Made by a program: the position numbers and the translations under genes
Source: Fimbriosthenelais zetlandica
Taxonomy: Eukaryota
Direction of reading: 5' to 3'
Length of the DNA: 33,000 bases
Assembly: GCA_977030845.1 (NCBI GenBank)
Contig: OZ365116.1
Location: 17,360,001 to 17,393,000 of the forward strand
Shown: one piece after another, positions 24,650-33,000 of the stretch
How positions within the stretch are numbered: position 1 is the first letter of the stretch
Layout: the number at the start of each line of letters is the position of its first letter
Notes under the pieces: generated by a model
The model's database searches: none
What the model saw: only the letters and a program-made list of their open reading frames with translations
Told to the model about the DNA's origin: nothing

Positions 24650-25450
24650 GATGAGATGGAGATGTAATATAGGTGTCGTCATCCAGGGGAACTCAAGCCT
24701 GCTAATGGCTTCTATATATCCCGAAAAAAAGCGCCAGAGCAGACAGAAAAAACTCCATAAAATACCTTTGAATATCATAGAAACCACTCAGCTAGTTTCC
24801 CATGCGGTTTCTTCCTCAGAATTAATCCTCTTTAAGGGGTAAGAGGAATAAATATTGAAGGAGAGAAATAACTTATTGCAGTGGACCAACAAACCTTTGA
24901 TGAAGCTGCTTATGTTATTTAAGATGCCCGCAAATTGGGGCAACTGTCTCTTGAAAATAGAAGGGTTTCTTAATACTAATCGGCCACCCGAGAAGAGACA
25001 TTTGAGATGGTTTCACAGAGTGACAAGTTACACGAGGTTAAGTGTTGTCATTCTACTGGCAATCGATTCCTGTTGACCTTCATGTCCACCTACATCAGAC
25101 TTTTCAGGTCTGTGCTAAGCAATGTTGAAGGATTAATGGAAGCATCCAATGTAGTCTGTGATTTGGCAGCTTTACAATGGTCCATTGGTGACTAGACCAA
25201 AGCCTGCTGCCTTGTGTTGCATCCATGCCGTTGCATGATGGAGTCGAAAAATGAGGAAGTGAACAAAAAAGAAGAGAGAGTTGTTGTAAAACCCTTTGCA
25301 GCGACGGTTGGTAAAGATCGATACAGCCAATTCAACACATTATCTCTATCTGTGTTGTCACGCCAACAGACATCTTCACAGGAAAGCTATCAATGGCTTG
25401 CCCTACATGGCAATGAAATTCAGCAATAACACTGGCTCATTGGTATATTG
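24650..25450 (+). mobile_element. Degenerate hAT (Buster/Charlie-like) transposase fragment
   Basis: Ordered motifs: KKLHKIPL (24747-24770; cf. KKL..IPLS), AVDQQT then KLLMLF (~24878-24920; cf. DESTD..AQLL.F), CCIHAVA (25215-25235; cf. HC.IHR.ALA, the CxxH motif) and ESYQWLALHG (~25382-25411; cf. EVRWLSRG). Confidence 0.55.
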
Positions 25451-25849
25451 TCTCATATTATATATATACCACAGATGGATCTCCAGCAGCCTCTTAAGTT
25501 ACAATGCACACACATGCAAATCATGCTATGGGGTCTAATTATAATAGGGAAATCGTGACTAAGGACAATAACAAATATATATGATTATCTTGGGGAGTCG
25601 AGGGTCCTTGGAGAATTGGCTAATAAGTGCTTGATTTAAGACATAAAACATGCATGTTAAACTGGAGTGGGACTTGCTTCAGCATCCTGGTTACTGATAG
25701 CAATCTAGTGTTTTTTATCCAGCTAGGAGGGATCAACCCAGTAGATTAATCACTTTATATAAAGGCAAACATTGACACTTTGTTCTCACATATAAAGGGG
25801 TTCAAACTGCACTGAATAGCTCAGATGCGGCCACCATCAATTTATCATA

Positions 25850-26800
25850 GGTTTTCTAAAGATTGATCTTCTAAAGCTATTTCAGCATTGAATGCTCCAC
25901 CAGGGCCCAAACAACATCCATTAAGATTATCTAGGTCATGGATTTTATAGGTCATGATTTTTCAGATGTATAAGCCAAGCATAAAAATTCCACTGCTTCT
26001 GCTGCATGTAGATAGTCCATTATCTCCAAAAGGAAATGCCAAAGGGATTCAGAAATAGATGTCACTTCCCAGATGGGAGGTAATGCGTCTATTTATACTT
26101 ACAAAGCACTTGCTTTCATTGGCCTTCATTCGCTAACAGAATTCACCCTTAAATCGATGTAATGGAGGCACGTGCCCCGCCTAATTCTGTCCATCAGAAA
26201 TCCAAATGCTAAAGATCATATAAACGGATAATCATCACCCATAGAACTTAACTTAGTTGAACGGTGTCTCAAATGGCTTTTGGGGTTGTACCTCAGATAT
26301 GACATTCCGCCCTGATATGATAAATACGGGGCAGGGTTCTATGTAGAATGGAGCCATTTAGGTAAGCAATCAAGCCGTAATAATGATATAAGAGCGGTAA
26401 TGAAGATGTGAGCATTGTATAAGGCCGTAACTCCATCATTAAGACCATTCATCGGTGCTTACTGATCAGGGAAGCCATGGCTGGAGGGGGGAGCAGGGTG
26501 TTTAGTGGCGAGGCTGCATTCTCAGGGGACCAGTCAGGCAATTAGACAATCTGTTAGGCTTCCTAGTCTCTACTATATTATCTAATGATTTATTCAGCCT
26601 CAGGACAAAGATAAAGCAAGTAGAGAACATGCATACAGACGTTATCAAAGATTAAACCAGATTGAATATTAGCTTCATATCAGAAAGCTGGTCAGAAAGC
26701 CTGTCAGGATATCAGTCGATGAATATGACACCGAGCTGGCACGAGTTCCCTTCTTATATTCCAGCTCTAGTTTCACAGCATAATGACACCAGTAATCCAA
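25850..26800 (+). mobile_element. Degenerate non-LTR (CR1/L2-like LINE) reverse transcriptase fragment
   Basis: Ordered motifs: GP-NNIH (25902-25921; cf. GPD.IH), PLSPKG...SLP (from 26017; cf. PI.KKG..NYRPVSL), LK-AFGVVP (26268-26293; cf. SKAFD.VP), LLGFLVSTILSNDL (26551-26592; cf. VLGPLLF.IYINDL) and SESWSES..MN (cf. L..WS..W..FN). Confidence 0.6.
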
Positions 26801-27049
26801 ACCAGCAGAAAACTCTCAACAACACTTCGCCAATATTAACCTGGTAAAACTTCACGCAATCCATCCCATTTAAACCGGTGAACAGAAGCCGCAAAACCCA
26901 AGTGGGTAGGTAACCAGAGTCCGAACGATTCAGTGACTCTTGCTTTCTTAAATTTCAGGTTGTCGTGTTAATTCGTTTTACTTGAAATAGTTGGAATCGA
27001 TGTCATACTTCATTGCGATCCCTAAGGGAATATACAAGGCAGCGAAACA

Positions 27050-27550
27050 CTATATCTCCAAGTAACAGATAACTCCAAGCCGGATATCAATAAGTCCATG
27101 GGATATGACCGCGTGTGGTTTCAATTTATATGGTCCGATACAATTTACCTCCAGGCTTAACCAAGTGTGAGAAAGTCAATATCATTTGTGAATCTCACTT
27201 TGGTGAGAGAAACCGAGGTCCTGGCCCTTGTTATATGACTACAATTGATGTATATGTAGAGGAACTACAGACAGAGCGAGGTTACAGTAAGAGAAAGCTT
27301 CCACCACTACCCCTCAATCCTTAATCCATTAGTACACGACACAATATGACAGTACCCTGCCCGAGTCAATATATGTCTGGCGTGTATGGACTATGGTTCA
27401 ATTATGAAAGCCATAAACAATACAGGGGGAGATCTGAGGGAGGGGAACCTCGTCCTAAAGTTTGATACTTGACGGGCCTTAAGTAAGTCAGTGTTAGAAG
27501 TATGATGCTTGTCCTTGGACGCCAAGTACCATAGATGTAAAGGCAAGATG
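27050..27550 (+). mobile_element. Degenerate Ty3/Gypsy integrase (zinc finger to core start)
   Basis: ORF 27115-27324 reads IICESH...IDVYVEELQ..KRKLPPLPLNP (cf. II.E.H..DV..YV..C..CQ..K..PL.P). It is followed by DSTLPES and CLACMDY (27348-27394; cf. D..GPLP.S and L...DY). Confidence 0.55.
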
Positions 27551-27599
27551 CACATGAGTATATATCACAGCAAGTGGGTCATAAAAGTAGATTCAGTGA

Positions 27600-27900
27600 G
27601 TCCTTATTGTCCCACTCCATGTAAGAGCTCCTCATGCTCTTACTCTTCCCTGGCTCCCCTACATCTACTTAGACTAAAGCATTAAAGCTGTCCTTGGTAG
27701 AAGGTACATCACAAATTACCCCCATTGTAATAAGGTTCCTACATTCTGAGAAGTGCTTCTTCTCAGGGTGCACTTCCAGCATTGCCAATCGCTTTTTGTA
27801 CTCCACGACCCAGTGGTGTGCCTTTTAGGAACCAAGAGTAGAGCACCGAGGTGAAAAGAAGTTCATGCAATCAGTCAGAAAACTGATGGAGTGCACCAAA
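27600..27900 (-). mobile_element. Degenerate Ty3/Gypsy RT N-terminal fragment
   Basis: The minus strand at 27803-27841 reads LLLVPKRHTTGSW (cf. PLLLVPKK..G.WR), followed by NVGTLL (cf. I..LL). Confidence 0.45.
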
Positions 27901-28249
27901 TGGGTAAAAAGAACAAAAGAATAGACGTATGACTAATGAGGGTGGGGTTTGTGAGAAGTGTATACATATATAGCAAGTAGACAATGCAGCAGGTGAAAGC
28001 ATCTCCAGCTCCATGTGATACTTGTCTTTATATAATTTAATAATGATGAATGTCCATAAAAACAGAATTGGCACGGCTTCAAAAATATCTAATGCGTCTC
28101 AGCTGATTCAGCTCAGATAGCAGGAGGGACGAATGTTAAGATTTCCCCCATGCAAGTTAATTTCCATGTTGCTGGTCGTCTGGAATATTCATGAGCAGAA
28201 GGCACCGTTGACAATTCCGTGACAAACAAAAATCATAACAAAACGAACC

Positions 28250-28690
28250 CTGCCAACAGTCTGGGATGATCTCAATTTGCCTCCTTCATTTATTTGTGAC
28301 TTTTCCATCATGGCTGCCACGTTAGGCGGGAGAGACAGTGGATCCCCGCGTTTTTAATCTCAGTCACGTTAAGGCAATGGGTTTATCAGTTAGCAATCAG
28401 TTCCTACCTAATGATAATATTCCAATGTTTTAATTTCATCTTCTGCTATCGTTAGGCCACTTCCTAGTGAAATGTTCTACTTGTCAACCAGCTAAGTGCG
28501 GAATAATGGCAAAATGCCTCCCAACACTCAGCCTCCCGCTGTCAGGTTCAGCAAATGAACAAATCAAATGTCGTGGAAAGCAATCCCAGACAAGGGGGAG
28601 GAGATTGGAGGGATATGAGGAGATCCCTGGACGAGAGAAATGGGAGTCTAGCCTGGTCATTCCTTATGTTCCCATTACAGGGTGAGACTC
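28250..28690 (+). mobile_element. Degenerate Ty3/Gypsy integrase zinc-finger fragment
   Basis: FLVKCSTCQPAK...LPTLSLP...EQI (from 28461; cf. FV..C.TCQ..K...LQPLP.P..PW..I). Upstream is FHHGCHVRRGET (~28303-28340; cf. H...GH.G..KT). Confidence 0.55.
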
Positions 28691-28699
28691 GGCAATGAG

Positions 28700-29750
28700 A
28701 GTTGAAGCTCAATCTGGGCGATGTTGTAGAGATGGGGGGAGTAGATGGCCTCTAGTAATTAGACTTAGTATGTCCAGAGGGACATTAGCGGCCCGCTGTG
28801 TTACTATGAGCGTCACATAATATGATTCGCTGTGTAATCCATCAAGATAACGACCTGAATATAGGTAATGCTGAAAGCCACAATCCAGTTGTAAACTGCT
28901 AATGCACCGAGAATTCAATTTAAAAGGGGGTCCCTAATAGCCTGCCCCTAAGTACATAAATAGATTTACAATGATATAATGTTTTTTGACATAATTGTCC
29001 AAAGTGAATTACCGTCAATTGGTGGAGAATCTTGAATGTTTTAAGGTATAAGATAACGCCATGAAGCAATGGCAGGTTAATCTCCTTGAAAGGAGTCCCA
29101 TGTTTTAACAATACGGCTGGATTCCCCATGGCCAGTGGGAGCATACCATCTTATCACCTTATCCTGGGAGGAGAGAATCCCACAAACTCGCCAGCTTTTT
29201 ATTCGTCTGGCTCACGGTCATATATTCTAGCCAGGTTATGGTGTGTGGGCATGAACCTGTCACACTGATTTCCACCCCAGCTGTTAGTCCCCAGGCTGGA
29301 TAGCCCCTCTAGTGGCATTACTTTTCATGAAAGTGCCCTATCCTCATATCAGCCCCCTGATGAGAGAAGTAAGAGTGTCGTAGCCAGGTCTAAGTAATGT
29401 CAGGAGATTCACGGCTTTCATGTCATGCAGACCCCCCGTCTGGAATGGCTTCTTCAGCAATAAAGGAAATATTATGCGGACCTCCGCCCTCTTCAATGAG
29501 CGAGCATTTAGCACTGTCTGCATTTAGATGGCGGTGTTAGGGTTATGTGTGGAGTGGACATTGAAGGGTGGATACCACCAGTATTAAGTTTAATGAAGGG
29601 AGAGCCATCATCAAGGCCTAACACAGCCATATTGTGAGCCAGGACAATGGTATCTATTACGGTGCGATGCCATCCCAGGGAGGAATACGCAGGGCTTGTT
29701 AACTTTCCACCATCCACACAAACTTAGATTGTCTATTATACACGGTGCAA
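28700..29750 (-). mobile_element. Degenerate Ty3/Gypsy RT - RNase H
   Basis: Minus strand, in order: AVLGLDD (ORF 29508-29717; cf. V.YLDD), PSKC..LAH (cf. KC.F..LGH), YLDLA (cf. FLGL), AVLLKHGTP (ORF 28920-29144; cf. GAVL.Q.G.P) and GFQHYLYSGRY (ORF 28709-28918; cf. F.HYL.G..F). Confidence 0.65.
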
Positions 29751-29899
29751 CTGTAGTAGATCCAACAACATAGGTAGAGAATGATTATCATGAACCTACA
29801 GTTAGGCCTTGATGGGTTGAGATACACAGGTGGCAGACAGAGGCAGTGATAGCGTAAAGCACCATGATGGAGGGCTGTATGGGGAGTGAGGCAGTGTGA

Positions 29900-30350
29900 A
29901 CGGATTTAAATTGACTTGGGTGTGATTTACACCGTGATTGTACCCAATATACAGGGGTCAAATCGACTATACATTATATCTACACAGTGTTTTTATCGAG
30001 CCTTCACAGCCATTGCTTATCCTGACTTGGGTGGGAAAGTCTATAAGGCCAACCTCACACCTGTACATGCCAGAGTATGACTGATGTTATGAGATACACA
30101 ATATCAATAAAGTATTCGCCTGCATACAGGAATTTAACAAATTTGCATTTATGCAAGGCCTTTTTGGAACATAAAGGATATACTTCAAGTTGATATTGGT
30201 TTTAATGGGGCAGTGGCAGATGCAAATGACATATGGGACTGGTATCCCGAAGACTGGAATCCCCAAGAATGCTTACATTGCCTTAACTGGTCTCATGTAA
30301 TAAGGCAATTAGTGAGCTGAGGACATTAGTGGTATTATATGTATGTCCAT
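29900..30350 (+). mobile_element. Possible degenerate Gypsy RT fragment
   Basis: IVPNIQGSNRLYI (~29937-29976; cf. IVPKKDGS.RLCID), AYP (~30015) and MQGLFGT (~30151; cf. MPFGL). Confidence 0.4.
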
Positions 30351-30699
30351 GTATGGCAGCATTTACATTATTACTGTCAGGCCAGTATGATTAGATCATA
30401 CAGGCCATTATGTAAGGCAGCCATATACATTTCAGGCCTACGCCCAAATGTGAATAACAAAGAAGGAAAGGTATATGCTACCTAACTATTACTCTCATTA
30501 GGGTCTAAATACTATAGTCAATGCATAGCCAGTGAAAACGAATCATGTCTCGCACAATAACGTGAATTATATTCTAAAGAGCATATGAGAAATGAGAAAC
30601 AGGTGAAGATAGAGTTGAAGGTTGAATTCAACCTGGACGCTAATGACTTTCAATGATTTTCTTGATTGCCATTTTCTTCTGTTAATTGTCTATAGCTCG

Positions 30700-31990
30700 T
30701 TAGTGCTGTTCTCAATGTCTAAAGTGACATCGTCTAAAGAGTGATATAAGTACTTTGTCATACATGGACAGGTCCATTAACCAACTGTGAACGGAGTGCC
30801 AGCTTACTAGCAATCCATCTCTGGATCCTGCTTAAGTACCTCACTATTGACTCCCAATACAAATAATGTATCAATTCTAGCACCCTAATCGATACCTCTG
30901 CATAATCTTTCATGGGCATATAAGCATCTATTGATTTATGGACACCAGAGAAGTGGTTGCCTCCCCTCCAGCGACTTTGCGCTGTATACTTAGAACCAAT
31001 CTCTGCCAACAGGTGCTTGACCAGCCCAGAGCATTTAGTCCGAGCTGCTCGCATCTCGGAGCAATAATCGCTGTAATTTGAATGGATCCCCATCTGGGGT
31101 AGTTATCTGGCCTTTCCCAGGCACATGTTGTGTCCTGTAAAGCCTATCGGTCATCCGTATAAAGACATGAGGAGAGAAGGCAGCGCCCAATACACACGTC
31201 TTATCCACTTCTCTGACTTCCTCCGTTGAATTGGCGTCCAATGAAAGCCAGGGGAAAGTTGTCCCTGTATGCTGTATCTCTCCAAGACTCAAGTAATGGG
31301 AAAATATACCCTATATATACCATATAGAACGTATATATAATATAGGGAAAATCCCCTCTCAGTCGACATTTCTGTCCATCTAGATGAATCTAGATTGGTA
31401 TAGTGGACCTGTAGTATAGCATGTAATAAGGGAGATGAAAGCGTGTTGTGAATGTCAATGTAGAAGACTAATAAATCACTGAAGCCTTCATCATTCGCAT
31501 TGGCAATAATGCAAAGCCCACAGGCAGATCCAAGGAGAAGCTGTGAAATAAAAAGAACGTAATGCCATCCAATAAAGAATTAATGACCTCATCAAATAGG
31601 TCAATTTCTCAGGGGGTGAAACCCATTAAGGATTGGTTAGTGACCTGTTTTGCAATGACACGATGTTTTCTATCGACTTGAAAGGGTGGGGGAGGGGTGA
31701 GAGGAGGACAAACAGAAGACGTCAACATGCCTGACAGGGTCACGGCAGGAGAAGAAAATGTTTTTATAAGAATAATCTTATTTCTTCCCAAAAAAGGAAA
31801 GTGTTCTTAATGGGAGAAATCTATCATAAGAGCTCGGAAAATTGCCCAAGAATTGCCAGACAAACTCTAATGGTCCGTTTCGATTTTGATAGAAATAACG
31901 ACCGAAAAAAGACAGGGAGATAATTGATATTGAGATTTGTTCTCACCTGTTTTCCATTGTCCCGACTGACGGTGAAGATATTGATGAGGC
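30700..31990 (-). mobile_element. Degenerate Ty3/Gypsy pol (RT thumb - RNase H - integrase zinc finger)
   Basis: Minus strand, in order: QFLGNFPSSYDRFLP (31811-31855; cf. FLG..NYY.RFIP), LFDEV..LDLP..IANANDEG (to 31484; cf. AF..LK..D.P..TDASD.G), FSHYLS, YRTQHVPGK (ORF 31035-31292; cf. Y.I.H.PGK) and VLELIHYLYW (ORF 30758-31093; cf. T.ELI.R.YW). Confidence 0.7.
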
Positions 31991-32723
31991 CAAAACCAGC
32001 GATGCTGGCCATCAACTCGCCACTCTGCCGGAGGTGGGAGCTGATGAGGCCGCCACCTCCACCTCCCTTACTCATCCAGACTACTCCACGTGATCACCTG
32101 GAGGAAAAAGAATAGCCCACCACTGGAGGGCTTTACCCTCCTCTTACTCTTCTCACCAAAGCTCACCCCAGCTGTCACCACCTAGCCAGTACAACTTGCA
32201 GGAGGTGCTCCGGGGGGCAAAACTCTTAAGTGATAAACCAAAGCTTCTCACAACTCCAGAGGTGCTCTCTCCTGTGCTTGTCCTCCTCTCCAGGAGACAA
32301 GGGTCTCTTGATGAATGGCGCTAATCCTCGCTTGATGGATATAAGAAATACCACACTGTGGTATCTCCACCAAGTAAAGTGGTGGATGTTTGTGATGTGC
32401 AGTATATACAGTGCTCCTGGTGTCCTGTTGGGGTCCTCCTACCAAAAGGAGTAGGTAATAAATGGGCTTAATCCAGTGGTGCTGCTGGTGCCTCCAGTGG
32501 AATGCCCGTTTGGCAGGATTGGTGTTTGGGTTTATTTATAATGGAGTAGAAGGCGCGGTTGGGTTTCGGACGATAGGTGAGTAGTGTAGGAAAAGGGCCC
32601 AGTTGTCACGGCACGTGAGAAAAATGTCCTCTGGTATATTGGTGTTGGCGCGTTTCTCTTGCTGGTGTGGCACCAAATGGAGCAGGAGAATGCGCTGAAA
32701 AGGTGGTCAATGTTGGGGATGCG

Positions 32724-32778
32724 CCTCTCTCTCTTCTCACTCTCCCTCTTTCACACACACACACCACACACACTCTCT
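32724..32778 (+). repeat. Compound (CT)n/(CA)n microsatellite
   Basis: CCTCTCTCTCTTCTCACTCTCCCTCTTTCACACACACACACCACACACACTCTCTC read directly. Confidence 0.85.
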
Positions 32779-33000
32779 CATGCGTTGGGGACGCAATGCT
32801 GCTGCTCCTGCATCTGCTTCCAGTCCTCCTCCTCCTGCTCTTGGTCCTCTGGAGCAGGCAGTGAGTTTTTCCTCCAGCATGAGCTGCTACCATGGACGCT
32901 GCCACTGGTGGCAGTGCTCATTGGTGTGGTTATGTGAGTGTCGGTGGGTTCCAGCTTGGTCCCCTATCCTCCACCTTCCATCTACTTCCCCCCTCCCTCC

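Noticed and set aside
27746-27766. Hairpin CTGAGAAG-TGCTT-CTTCTCAG
   Set aside because: An 8-bp stem inside an RT relic, within chance expectation.
30619-30634. Perfect 16-bp palindrome AGGTTGAATTCAACCT
   Set aside because: About 0.5 such palindromes are expected by chance in 33 kb (33000/4^8), and there is no supporting context.
640-31990. Uni-strand piRNA-cluster (flamenco-like) organisation
   Set aside because: The fragments are split roughly 13 plus to 9 minus, with no strong orientation bias. A dual-strand cluster cannot be judged without small-RNA data.
141-32937. The short ORFs in the six-frame track as real genes
   Set aside because: All are 117 aa or shorter, overlap in conflicting frames and show no coherent domain. 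Those with recognisable motifs are pieces of pseudogenised TE proteins.

Overview
Eukaryotic, probably animal (inferred from a CR1/L2-like LINE relic and CpG depletion), non-genic DNA with GC estimated at about 40-43%. No intact protein-coding gene, RNA gene or CRISPR array is supportable, and no ORF exceeds 117 aa. Manual translation across stops and frameshifts shows a dense graveyard of highly decayed transposable-element fragments, mostly 0.3-1.7 kb and on both strands: many Ty3/Gypsy pol pieces (RT, RNase H, integrase), two Ty1/Copia pol pieces, one hAT and two pogo/Tigger-like DDE transposase relics, and one CR1/L2-like LINE RT. The one outstanding structural feature is a head-to-tail tandem duplication of 3,665 bp (6416-10080 and 10081-13745). 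It was identical in every stretch compared and has a 2-bp TC microhomology at the junction, so it is either a very recent duplication or an assembly artefact. I found no evidence of a novel functional biological system. All TE boundaries are approximate, and family calls come from recalled motif consensus, not database searches.
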